Shown piece by piece: positions 13,135-25,182 of a stretch of DNA of 64,000 bases. This DNA is from Mobula hypostoma (lineage: Eukaryota). Where the stretch lies: the NCBI RefSeq assembly GCF_963921235.1, contig NC_086108.1, forward strand, positions 46,192,001 through 46,256,000. Direction: 5' to 3'. Both the position numbers and the translations under genes were made by a program. Numbering within the stretch: position 1 is the stretch's first letter; each line of letters begins with the position of its first letter. Below the pieces are notes generated by a model. The model was not told the DNA's origin and did not search any database. It saw nothing but the letters and a program-made list of their open reading frames with translations.

Positions 13135-16100
13135 ATGAAGACAAAAGAACACACCAAGCAACTTTGCAAAAAGGTTCTTGAAAAGCACAAGTCAAGAGAC
13201 GGATACAAGAAGATTTCCAAGTCACTGAATATCCACAAGAAATGGAAAGAATATTGGACAACTGTAAATCTAACTAGAGCAGGCCGTCCTCAAAAACTGA
13301 GTGACCGCAAGAAGGAGACCAGTGAGGGAGGCCACCAGGAGACTCATGACAACTCTGGAGGGGTTACAAGCTTCAGTGGCTGAGATGGGAGAGACTGTGC
13401 AAACAACTGTTGCCTGGCTGCTTCACCAGTCCCAGCTTTATGGGAGAGTGGCAAAGAGAAAGCCACTGTTGAAAAAAACTCACATGAAATCTCAGCTAGA
13501 GTTTGCCAGAGGGCAGGAACTTGCAGGCACAAATTGGGAACAGATGTTCTCAGGGAAATGTATGGCAGAAATGTGGCAAATGTTCAGGGGATATTTGTGT
13601 GGCATTCTGCATAGGTACGTTTCAATGAGACAGGGAAAGGATGATACGGTACAGGAACCGTGGTGTACAAAGGCTGTTGAAAATCTAGTCAAGAAGAAAA
13701 GAAAAGCTTACAAAAGGTTAAAAAAAACTAGGTAATGATAGAGATCTAAAAGATTATAAGGCTAGCAGGAAGGAGTTTAAGAATGAAATTAGGAGAGCCA
13801 GAAGGGGCCATGAGAAGGTCTTGGTGAGCAGGATTAAAGAAAACCCCAAGGCATTCTACAAGTATGTGATGAGCAAGAGGATAAAACGTGAAAGAATAGG
13901 ACCAATCGTGACAGTGGAAAAGTGTGTATGGAACCAGAAGAGATAGCAGAGATACTTAATGAATACTTTGCTTCAGTATTCACTATGGAAAAGGATCTTG
14001 GCGACTGTGGGGATGACTTACAGCAGATTGAAAAGATTGATCATATAGACATTGAGAAAGAGGATGTGCTGGAGCTTTTGGAAAGCAGCAAGTTGGATAA
14101 GTCTCCGGGACCAGATCAGATGTACCCCAGGCTACTGTGGGAGGCGAGGGAAGAGATTGCTGAGCCTCTGGCAATGGTTTTTGCATCATCAATGGGGATG
14201 AAGAGTTCTAGAGGTTTGGAGGGTTGCTGATATTGTTCCCTTATTCAAGAAAGGGAGTAGAGATAGCCCAGGAAATTATAGACCAGTGAGTCTTACTTCA
14301 GTGGTTGGTAGGTTGATGGAAAAGATCCTGAGAAGCAGGATTTATGAACATTTGGAGAGGCATAATATGATTAGGAATAGTCAGCATGGCTTTATCAAAG
14401 GCAGGTCGTGCCTTATGAGCCTGGTTGAATTTTTTGAGGATGTGACTAAACACATTGATGAAGGTAGAGCAGTAAATGTAGTGCATATGGATTTCAGCCA
14501 GGCATTTGACAAGGTACCCCATGCAAGGCTTATTGACAAAGTAAGGAGACATGGGATCTAAGGGGACATTGTTTTGTGGATCCAGAATTGGCTTGCTTAC
14601 AGAAGGCAAAGAGTGGTTGTAGACAGGTCATATTCTGCATGGAGGCTGGTGACCAGTGGTGTGCCTCAGGGATCTGTTCTGGGACCCCTTCACTTCGTGA
14701 TTTTTATAAATGACCTGGATGAGGAAGTGGAGGGATGGGTTAGTAAATTTGCTGATGACACAAAGGTTGTGGGTGTTGTGGATAGTGTGGGGGGCTGTCA
14801 GAGGTTACAGTGGGACATCGATAGGATGCAAAACTGGGCTGAGAAGTGGCAGATGGAGTTCAACCCAGATAAGTGTGAAGTGGTTCATTTTGGTAGGTCA
14901 AATATGATGGCAGAATATAGTATTAATGGTAAGACTCTTGGCAGTGTGGAGGATCAGAGGGATCTTGGGGTCCAAGTCCATAGGACACTCAAAGCTGCTG
15001 CACAGGTTGACTCTGTGGTTAAGAAGGCATACAGTGCATTGGCCTTCATCAGCTGTGAAATTGAGTTTAAGAGCCAAGAGGTAATGTTGCAGCTATATAG
15101 GACCCTGGTCAGACCCCACTTGGAGTACTGTGCTCAATTCTGGTCACCTCACTACAGGAAGGATGTGGAAATTTTAGAAAGGGTGCAGAGGAGATTTACA
15201 AGGACGTTTCCTGGATTGGGGTGCATACTTTATGAGAATAGGTTGAGTGAAATCAGCCTTTTCTCCTTGGATTGGTGGAGGATGAGAGGTGACCTGACAG
15301 AGGTGTATAAGATGATGAGAGGCATTGATTGTGTGGAGGCTTTTTCCCAGGGCTAAAATGGCTAGCATGAGAAGGCACAGGTTTAAGGTGCTGGAGAGTA
15401 GGTACAGAGGAGATGTCAGGGGTAAGCTTCTTCCACAGAGAGTGGTGAGTGCGTAGAATGGGCTGCCGGCAACGGTGATGGAGGCAGATACGATGGGGTC
15501 TTTTAAAAGACTCATGGATAGGTACAAGGATCTTAGAAAAATAGAGGGCTATGGGTAACCTTAGTAAGTACATGTTCAGCACAGCATTGTGGGCCGAAAG
15601 GCCTGTATTATGCTGTAGATGTTCTATGATTCGATGTTTCTATGTTAGAGACTCTGAAGTCAGCTGGAAAAAGGTTCTATGGTCTGATGAAACCAGAATT
15701 GAGCTTTTTAGCCATCAGACCAAAAGCTATGTTTGGGCATAATCCAAACACTGCACATCATCAAAAACACACCATTCCTACCAGGCTCTGGTGATGCTTC
15801 ACTGCAGCAAGCCTTGGAAGGTTTGTGAAGGTAGAGGGTAAAAAGAATGCAGCACAATACAGGAATTTCCTGGAGGAAAACCAGATGCAGTTTGCAAGAG
15901 AACTGCGACTTCAGAGAAGTTTTGTTTTCCAGCAAGACAATGACCCCAAGCATAAAGCCAAAGCTACACAGGAATGGCTTAAAAATGACAAAATTAATGC
16001 CCTGCAGTGGCCAAGCCAGTTTCTAGACCTCAATCCAATTGAGAATTTGTGGCTGGACTTGAAAAGGATTGTTTATTCACGATCCCCATGCAGTCTGACA

Positions 16101-16229
16101 GTGCTTGAGCAGTTTTGTAAAGAAGAATGAGGTAAAATTGCAGTGTCCAGGTGTGCAAAGCTGATAGAGACCTATCCACACAGACTCAAGGCTATAATTG
16201 CTGCTAAAGGTGCATCTACTAAACACTGA
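13135..16229 (+). pseudogene. Tc1 DD34E-type transposase, disrupted by a CR1 insertion and frameshifts
   Basis: MKTKEH..GYKKISKSL..GRPQKLS, KRKPLLKK, VLWSDET, FQQDNDPKH, WPSQFLDLNPIENLW and AAKGASTKH*. Confidence 0.92.
13512..15645 (+). mobile_element. CR1 LINE nested in the Tc1 transposase
   Basis: 260-aa ORF with SGVPQGSVLGP and SKFADDTK, upstream KSPGPD motif, and (ttctatg)-type tail. Confidence 0.93.
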
Positions 16230-17021
16230 TTTGAAAGGGGTGAATAATGATGCAGTCAATTATTTTGTGTTTATATTTGTAATGAATTTTTATCACTTTG
16301 TAAAGATGTTTTCACTTTGACACAAAAGAGTATTATTCTGTTGATCAGTATCAAAAAATAAATCCACTGTGATTCAGTGCTGTAAAACAATAAAACATGA
16401 AAACTTTTAAGGGGGGCGTTGAATACTTTTTAAAGGCACAGTATCTTTTTAATCCTCTCAGGTCCTTGCAGAAACATCAGCCAACAAAATAACAGCTGTT
16501 TTCTCGGTAGCTGAATGCACCTTTTATTCTGTAAAATAAACAAAACGAAGTCGTATGATCTGCAGTCATACTTGAGGATTGCTCCTTATGCCTTTTACAA
16601 CTGGCATCACAGTTAAATAACTAATTTTCATTCTGATAATATTTTTGATCAGAAATATAATAACAGCACACCCCTTTTAATAATAAACTGCAGAAGACAG
16701 GGTTTTAGGATGGTGCTGCCTAATGCATGCAACAGCTCACTGGTAGTTCAAAAGATTAAGAAATTCAACTTAAAGCATGATTAACAACATCTTTTCTGAA
16801 GTAAATTGTGGTATACTATCACCGCAAACAATGAAGAAGCAAGAGGAGGTGAAGCTGATTCGAAGGATGGGCCGTGCGGGTGCACCGCAAAGCTGAAACG
16901 CAACACGTTCAAGACGAGGTCACAGTCAGAGTCGGCGTCGCTGTTGGAGTTGAAGTAAGTGATCTGGAGAGGAGTCAATGTGGAAAATTCTCAATGCCCG
17001 TCCACCTAACCTAGGTGCAAG

Positions 17022-17256
17022 GTTCTGTGGGCAAAAATGTGTTCTTAATGAGAGAGGTCAGAGGAGAGAGGCCAGATTGGTTCAAACTAACAGGAAGGCG
17101 AAAGTAACTCAAATAACCATACGTTCCAACAGATTCATGTAAAGGAACATCTTTGAAAGCACAATACATCGAACCTTGAGGTGGTTGGGCAACAGCAGTA
17201 GAAGACCATGAACATACACTCAGTGAATACTTTATTACAGTTAAGGAGATACTGTA
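17022..17256 (+). mobile_element. Tc1-derived MITE fragment
   Basis: Same family as 37622-37920 and 39621-40568 (gagaggtcagaggagaatggccagactggttcaagc; cactcagtggccactttatt end). Confidence 0.75.
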
Positions 17257-17859
17257 CTTACACACGACAATAACCTTGACATGAGTGCAATAGTGTCGCT
17301 GGTGCGGAGAGACTGTGTCTGAGTTAGCTTACAATAAAGACTATTCAATGTATCCCACTAAATGATGGGTGCAGCTTGGAGCCATGCAAGAGTTCCTAAC
17401 TGCACCTTTGATTTGAAGGAAGTGATTGGAATGAAGGAGAAGATATTCAGCACAATAATTGGTTCAACCATGTGCAATTAAGCATTGGTGGTGAGGAATT
17501 GGTTGTCTCCCTGTTCAAGGAAGAAGAGGTGGTGGAGAGGAAAGGTGGCTCCAGACTAGGTTCATAGCACTGCATGGAGGAGCAGCAAGGGTTCAAGGAT
17601 TATAGCCATTACAGACTCGATGGTGAAGGAAAAAGGCAGGTAGACAGAAGGCTATGACAGTAGGAAAGTACAGGATGAGTGTTGCCTAACAAACACAAAT
17701 GCTGGAGGAACTCAACCTGTCATATAGCATCTATGGAGGGGAATAAACAGTTGATGATTCATGCCAACCTTCATCAAGATTGGAAAGGAAAGTGACAGAA
17801 TTCAGAGAGGGGCAGAAGTCTGGCTTCTGACCCCTTCCTTTCCAGTACGTGTGTGTTAC

Positions 17860-18300
17860 TCAACATTGCAAAATCTCTTGTGTTCATGCGTGTTGCCTCC
17901 CTGGTTCCAGGATCATTGATGTCACAGAATGGCTGCAGGTGAGCTGCCAAAGGTCAGAGCCCACATTGGTACAAATGACATGGGCAAACAGAGATGCAGT
18001 TCTGCAACATGAAGTTAGGGAGTTAGATTGGAGCTGAAAGAGCAGGGCTCCTAAAATTGCAATTGCTGGATTCTTCATGTGCCATGTGTCAGTGAGAATA
18101 GGAATATGGGGTGAGGTCAGATGAACATTTGGCTACAAGAACAATGTAGACAGAAGGGCTTTAGATTTCTCAATCATCAGAGCCCCTGCTTGGAAGTGTG
18201 GGACATCCACAAGTTGGACAGTTTGCATCTGAACTGAAATACCTCCAAACATCTTGCAAGGATGTTTTCCAGTGCTTTTGGGGGATGATTTAAACTAATC
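17860..18300 (+). mobile_element. CR1 ORF1 (SGNH esterase) remnant
   Basis: CCLPGSRIIDVTEWLQ followed by frameshifted HIGTNDMG, the esterase blocks typical of CR1 ORF1. Confidence 0.7.
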
Positions 18301-18489
18301 TGTCAGAGAAATGAGTAGATGTACATTAAGGGGAAGGGGTGATGGGGTGGGAGGTGCTGTCAAATATAGAAAAAAACAGTCAGTTTTATAGGCAGGGCCA
18401 GATAAGGATGTGATAAGGCACATGGAAGAAATATTAAATTAAATTGCATCAATTTTAAGGAGTCAATTTCAAAGGAGTCTGACCAATAA

Positions 18490-19314
18490 TAAGAACATAA
18501 GAAATAGGAGCAGGAGTGGGCCATCTGGCCCATCGAGCCTGCCCCGCCATTCAATAAGATCATGGCTGATCTGTCTGTAAACTCAGCTCCATCTGCCTGC
18601 CTTTTCCCCATAACCCTTAATTCCCTCACCATGTAAAAACCTATCTAACTGTTTCTTAAATATATTTAGTGAGGAAGCCTCAACTGCTTCCCTGGGCAGA
18701 GAATACCACAGATTCACCACTGTCTGAGAAAAACAATTTCTCCTCATCTCTGTCCTAAATCTTCTCCCCTGAATCTTGAGGCAATGTCTCCTAGTTCTAG
18801 TCTCACCTACCAATGGAAACAACTTTCCTACTTCTATCTTATCTATCCCTTTCAAAATTTTGTATGTTTCGATAAGATTCCCTCTCATTCTTCTGAACTC
18901 CAGAGAGTATAGTCCCAGGCGACTCAATCTCTCCTCGTAGGTTAACCCCTTCATCCCTGGAATCAACCTGGTGAACCTCCTCCGCACTGCCTCCAAAGCC
19001 AGTATATCCTTCCGCAAGTATGGAGACCAGAACTGCACACGGTACTCCAGATGCGGTCTCACCAGTACCCTGTATAGTTGCAGCATGACCTCCCTGCTCT
19101 TGAATTCAATCCCTCTAGCAATGACGGCCAACATTCTGTTTGCCTTCTTAATAACCTGTTGTACCTGCAAGCCAACTTTTTGTGATTCATGAACAAGCAC
19201 TCCCAAGTCCCTCTGCACAACAGAATGCTGCAATCTTTCACCATTTAAATAATAATCTGCTCTTCTATTATTCCTTCCAAAATGGATGATCTCGCATTTA
19301 CCAACGTTGTATTC
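18490..19314 (-). mobile_element. Young CR1 LINE 3' part
   Basis: Uninterrupted ~245-aa ORF2 C-terminus ([26 protein letters not shown]) and intact 3' UTR. Confidence 0.93.
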
Positions 19315-22079
19315 AGCACCCGCTCCTGGCTGTACTGTAGCCAATCAGACCACTTCATCTTCACCTGCCCAGAAAAAGCCAGCACTCACCAGTAGGACAA
19401 GGAGTACTGGTGAGCGTAACCCCTGTCCGGCCCTCCTCGATCCACTCACTCTCATACCTGCTTCTCTGGAGTGGGGCGTCCAACGGCGAGCCGTCTCCAT
19501 CTTGGTCGATTCTGGTGTGGAGGGGTGTTTTATTGATTCCGGCTTGGTTACCCAGTGGGGATTACTCACGTCTGCTCTCCAGTCACCATTGGTAGCCAAC
19601 GCCTTGAACGGTCAGAGACTGGCTAACATCACCCATGTCACAGCCCCGGTGAGTCTCAGTTTATCCAGCAACCATCATGAACAGCTAACCCTTTATGTTA
19701 TTGACTCTCCTCAAGCTCCCATTGCCCAGGGCCAACCCTGGTTAGTCAGACACAATCCCCGCATTGACTGGCTCAGTCTCAAGATTGTAGGCTGGAGCCC
19801 ATTCTGTCACTCCCACTACCTCCGCCATGCTCAGATCCTCTTGTCTCCAAGCCCAGATTCCCCCGAGAAATTTCCGGACCTTAGTGCCATCCCTCCTGAA
19901 TACAAGGACCTCAAGGCTGTGTTCAGCAAGTCCCGGGCCACTTCCCTACCGCCTCATCGTCCATATGATTGCACCATTGACCTCTTGCCTGGCACACCTC
20001 CCCCAAGGGGCCGCCTGTATTCCCTGTCGGTACCTGAAGCAGAAGCCATGAGTAAGTACATTCAAGAATCTCTGGCTGCAGGCATCATCCGGCTGTCTTC
20101 CTCCCCTGCTGGTGCCAGTTTTTTCTTTGTTGAAAAGAAGGACGGCTCTTTGCATCCATGCATTGATTACCAGGGACTGAATGAAGTCACTGTTAAGAAC
20201 CGTTACCCTCTTCCGCTCATGACCTTGGCATTTGAACTACTGCAAGGAGCCTCAGTTTTCACCAAGCTTGATCTCCGTAATGCCTACCACCTTGTCCTCA
20301 TCCACAAAGGGGACGAGTGGAAGACAGCCTTCAACACCGCCTCAGGCCATTAAGAGATCACGCCATTCAGTCTCACCATTGTCCCCGCCGTCTTCCAAGC
20401 CCTGGTAAATGACGTTCTCAGGGACATGCTGAACCAATTTGTTTTTGTGTATCGCGACAACATTTTGATTTTTTTCCAAGTCCCTTGCTGAACATATAGG
20501 TCATGTACGCAGAGTTCTCCAGCGCCCTCTGGAGAACCAGCTCTTCATGAAGTCTGAGAAATGTGAGTTTCAACGCAATACTGTCTCCTTCCTGGGTTAT
20601 GTAATTTCAGGCAGTTCCATTCAGATGGACCAACAGAAGGTCAAGGTGGTGGCTGAATGGCCCCAACCTTCGACTCGTCGGAAATTGCAACGCTTCTTGG
20701 GCTTCGCTAACTTCTATCGCTGCTTCATCAGAAATTACAGTTCACTGGCTGCGCCACTCACTGCTCTTACCTCATCTGCTGTCAGACTCTCCTGGTCCCC
20801 GATGCTGAAAAAGCATTCTCTGACCTGAAGGAACGTTTCACCTCTGCCCCCATCCTGATTTAACCCGACACCGACCGGCAGTTCATTGTGGAGGTGGATG
20901 CGTCTGACATTGGCAAAGGAGCTGTTCTCTGTGAGCGCTCAGCCAAGGATGAGAAGGTACACCCCTGCGCCTTCTTCTCTCACCACCTCACTCCCACGGA
21001 CTGGAATTACGATGTCGGAAACTGGGAGCTGCTGGCTGTGAACCTAGATCTGGAGGAGTAGGGCATTGGCTGAGGGAGCCAAGGTGCTATTCTTAGTCTG
21101 GACTGATCACGTTTTTCTCAAGATTCTCTGTCCTTCCACTCTGATTCCAAGAATGGAAAACCTGATGCCCTCTCCCAAAGATTTCCCTCCTCTGGGACCC
21201 CTGAGGTACCCAATGTCATCCTCCCTGCTCACTGTCTCGTGGGTGCAGCGCAATGGGACATTGAATCCATTGTACAAGCTGCTCAACAGAGCGAGGCAGC
21301 CCCTAGTCAATGCCCCACTAACCGTGTTTATGTTCCCAGCTCTGTCCACTCACAGGTATTGCAGTGGGGGCATTCTTCCCAGTTATCCTGTCACCCTGGA
21401 ACCAAGTGTACTCGGGCCTTCATCAGTTGGCGGTTCTGGTGGTCCTCCGTGGGAGATGACATCCACAACTTCGTCTCAGCCTGCTTGGACTGTGCTCAAG
21501 GCAAGAACTCTAACCAATCACCAGCTGGTCTGTTACAACCCCTTTCTATCCCCAAGAGACCCTGGAGCCACATTGCCCTGGATTTTGTCACCGGTCTTCC
21601 CCATCAGATGGTAACACCACCATTCTCACAGTAGTTGATTGTTTCTCCAAGTCTGTACACTTCATTCCTTTACCTAAACTCCCCTCAGCCAAAGAAACAG
21701 CCAAATTACTAGTACTGCATGTTTTTACTTTTGTCATTGCTAAAGTCATCAGCCCTGCTGCTGTCCGTCTCAAGCTCTCCTCCACTCTCCGCCACATTCA
21801 TCCCACCTTTCATGTGTCCCCCATCAAGCCTTTCATGACCCACCCCCTGTGTCCTGTCCCAAACCCCGCCTCCCCCACAGGTCATCGATGGGTTAGAGGC
21901 CTTCATGGTGCGTCAACTGCTGGACGTTCTTGCCGGGGCCGTGGCCTCCAGTACCTTGTGGACTGGGAGGGCTACAGTCCTGAGGAGACGAGCTGGGTCC
22001 CCGCCCGTAACATTGCCAGCACCCAGCTCTACCTGCAGTGACGCCAGGAGGTGTCCGTGGTGGGGGTGGGGGTGGCTAC
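19315..22079 (+). mobile_element. Ty3/Gypsy chromovirus (Sushi-like) internal region: gag end and pol
   Basis: Degenerate zinc knuckle ([14 protein letters not shown]), protease [34 protein letters not shown], RNase H VEVDASD, integrase HPG/CxxC, chromodomain [18 protein letters not shown], and a purine-rich tract before the LTR. Confidence 0.95.
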
Positions 22080-22350
22080 TGTCAGTACCTCCAGTGGAAC
22101 TTTTTGTGTGTTTTCCCCCTAACCGTCAGCCTGTGGTTTTGTACTGCCATGTGCTCTGTTTGTTTTCATGCCCCATGTGCTCCTGGCCCCGCTCCTGCTC
22201 TACTGTATTACTGAGTACTCCACCTCTCACCTGTTTCTCATGATTACCTGTTTTGCTGCCACCTCTGTCTCATTGTGCTCCACCTATCATCTGCCTCTCT
22301 GTTTATTGCTCAGTGTATTTTAGTCCTGTGTTTTCACCTGTTTGTTGCCA

Positions 22351-24343
22351 TTAAACTGCACAAGATGGGGGTTAGTGGGAGAGTTTTTAATTGGGTTAAA
22401 GATTTTTTGTTTGGTAGAAAAATTCACGTTTGGATTGGATCAGAATTATCAAATCAGTACACAGTGGGAAATGGCACACCTCAAGGTAGTGTGATTAGCC
22501 CGTTACTTTTCATCATTATGATCAATGATGTCTTCACAAAGGTACCAGTGTTTGCGGATGATGGGGCCTTGTGGAAAAGAGGCAAGAACATGGAGCATAT
22601 AATCAGGAAACTACAAGAAACAATTGATGAAGTGGTGGAGTGGGGTTATGATTGGGGATGTAGATTTTCAGTAGAAAAAACTCAAACTGTATATTTTACC
22701 AGGAAAAGAATTGAGGTAGGGAAGAAGTTAAGGATGTATGGGATTGAATTAGAAAGGGTTGGATCATTTAAATTTCTGGGAGTTATATTTGATTCACGAT
22801 TAACATGGGCAGACCATATCAGGAAAGTTGAGAAATGTGGAAAAGTAATAAATGTGATGAAATGTTTGACTGGCAGGGAATGGGGAGCAAGTTGTTCAGT
22901 GTTGAAGAGAATGTACGTGGCTTTAGTGAGATCTGTATTGGATTATGGAAATATAGCATATGCATCAGCAGCTAGGTCTCTTATAAGGAAACTGGATGTG
23001 ATTCAGTGTCAGGCTTCGAGAGTGTGCAGTGGGGCTCTTAAAATGTCACCAGTGTCAGCCCTACGGGTAGAAATGGGAATAATGCCTTTGGAACTAAGAA
23101 TGATGTAATTGATGGCAAACTACTGGGCTAATTTGCAGGGGCACAATGATTCTCACCCTACTAAAGGAGTGTTGCAGGAGCGCTGGGAAAATGGGAGGTT
23201 TCAGAGGGATACCTTTAGTCGGGTAGGGAATGATATTGCTAAAGAATGTGGAGTGTTTGATCTATGGATAAGTCCTTCAGTAGTTTATCCGGTTGTAGCT
23301 CCATGGAAGCTTGTATGGCCTGACATAGACTGGCATTTGTTAGAGGCAAAAAGGAAAGGAAGATATAAAACTGATTTGGTCAGTGCATTTAACCGTCATG
23401 TGATGGAAAAGTATAGTGATTACACTCACATTTATACGGATGGTGAGAAGGAACCTGAAACAGGAGTGACAGGGTTTGGGGTGGTTATACCAGCAAAAGA
23501 AATTGGAATCAGCAGAAGAACATCTAATAAGTTAGGAGTGTTTACAGTGGAGATGCTGGCAGTGTTGGTTGCGTTGCAATGGGTGCAGAAAGCCAGCCAA
23601 GCCAAAGCATTGATATGTTCAGATTCATCCTCAGTTCTAGCAAGTTTAAGGTCTTTTCACATAAACAATCGGCAAAATGTACTTTATGAAGTCCTTCAGT
23701 TAGTTGCAAGAATTGCAAAGCAGGGAGGTCAGGTAAAATTTCTATGGGTTCCAGCACGTGTAGGGGTGAAGAGGAATGAGAGGGTGGGTGAGTTGGCAAA
23801 GAGGGTGTTAAAGAAAAAAAGCATAGAAATGCACATTAGTATCAGTAAAGCAGAGGTTAAGTGTGTAATCTGGGAAAAAAATCAACCAAATGTGGCAAGA
23901 AAGATGGGACAGGGAGGGGAAAGAGAGGCATTTATATCATATACAAAAGAGTGTTGCAGTTACTAGGGTAGGTAATGGAAACAGAAGAGAGGAAATTGTG
24001 TGGACTAGGTTAAGGCTGGGGCATTGTGCATTAAATAAAACATTGAAAATGATAGGGAAACACCAGACAGGATTGTGTGAGGAATGTCAGGAAGAGGAGT
24101 CAGTAGAACATGTAGTTCTGAGTTGCAGGAAGTATGGGATACAGAGAGAGATGATGAGAAATAAATTAAGGGAGTTGGGGATGCAGGAATTCACATTAAA
24201 AGGGTTGCTGGGCATGGGTGAGAGAACACAGGTTAGGGTATTTTTAGCTTTCTTAAGGGGTACAGGGGTTTTTTATAGGATATGATGGATAAACAGGAAT
24301 AGGATACTAGGATAGCCAAAGATGGGAGGATAAAGTATAGGTT

Positions 24344-24411
<68 letters not shown>

Positions 24412-24528
24412 CGCGTGTGTAAAGGGATTTAGAATGTAAGTCTATTGCACATTCTGGAGCAGAAGGTGGCGGTAATGCACCATTAAGCTGGGTGCCAACC
24501 GCCGTAAAACAAGACACAGACAGACAGA
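22351..24528 (+). mobile_element. I-group (Nimb-like) LINE with RNase H, 5'-truncated, 13-bp TSD
   Basis: GTPQGSVISP, FADD, RNase H (IYTDG, EMLAV, CSDSSS, WVPARVGVKRNE), CCHC motif CEECQEEESVEHVVLSC, (CAGA)n tail. TSD CTGTTTGTTGCCA at 22338-22350 and 24529-24541. Confidence 0.92.
24347..24420. repeat. (GT)n(GC)n microsatellite in the LINE 3' UTR
   Basis: Direct inspection. Confidence 0.97.
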
Positions 24529-25065
24529 CTGTTTGTTGCCAGATTGTGCCAGTGAGTTTTCCTGAGCCTTTCCAGCATTTGTATCTGAACTCTGTCTGTC
24601 CAAATATTGACTCTGCCTATTTCCCGATTCTGATTCTTGAATTTCTCTGGAATTTTTGATCTCCGCCTGAACTTTGACGCCGACTTTGTTGCCCCTTTGG
24701 ATTTGCTACTCAGTAAATATCACACTGTGCACAGTATTGCGATTGGGTCCCTGCTTCAGCGCCCTGACACAGAAACCCTACAGGTCCCATTTTAGCACAT
24801 GATCTGGGACAAAACACTATAGCACTATTTTCAAAGCATTTTTATTCTGTGATCAACTGGGTACCACTACCGGATGCAGTATATGTGATCCTGTATTTTA
24901 CTCTTTAATGAAAAGACCATTCAGGCTCAAATAAAAAAACAGTTTTAAAGGTATCATCTACTCTCTCTGGAATATTAATTACAAAGCCTGATCTGAGGAT
25001 GTTAAATCCGATGATGGATGACAGTTGTCTGTTTAAACAAAATGTCTCACCTAGGAAATATTTAC

Positions 25066-25182
25066 CTGGCACTGCATTTTGGTTTGACTCAGTTTCAATG
25101 AAATCTCATTCCTCAAGGAAAACGGTAGGTTTATCGTGAATCCCACAACATGAGTGGCTTTGCAGTTGAAACGTTTGTGCAT
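25066..25182 (-). other. Candidate 117-nt exon
   Basis: Acceptor ttttatttaatcag and donor CAG|gtaaat; open in phase 0-0 (MHKRFNCKATHVVGFTINLPFSLRNEISLKLSQTKMQCQ). No homology recognised. Confidence 0.2.

Larger units (their letters stand above)
12782..16441 (+). mobile_element. Tc1/mariner DNA transposon with long IR/DR-type TIRs
   Basis: About 200-bp imperfect inverted repeats at both ends (cagtg...cacag|ta) flank a split transposase. Confidence 0.9.
22080..24769 (+). repeat. 3' LTR of the Gypsy element (about 499 bp once the nested LINE is removed)
   Basis: Starts TGTCAG right after the PPT and ends CTGACA (inverted termini). Split by an insertion with a TSD. Confidence 0.85.

Noticed and set aside
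19286..20353. 355-aa ORF as a domesticated Sushi-derived gene (PEG10/RTL-like)
   Set aside because: Its start lies in CR1 antisense sequence, RT is truncated by a stop, downstream pol is frameshifted and an LTR is retained: a decayed retrotransposon.
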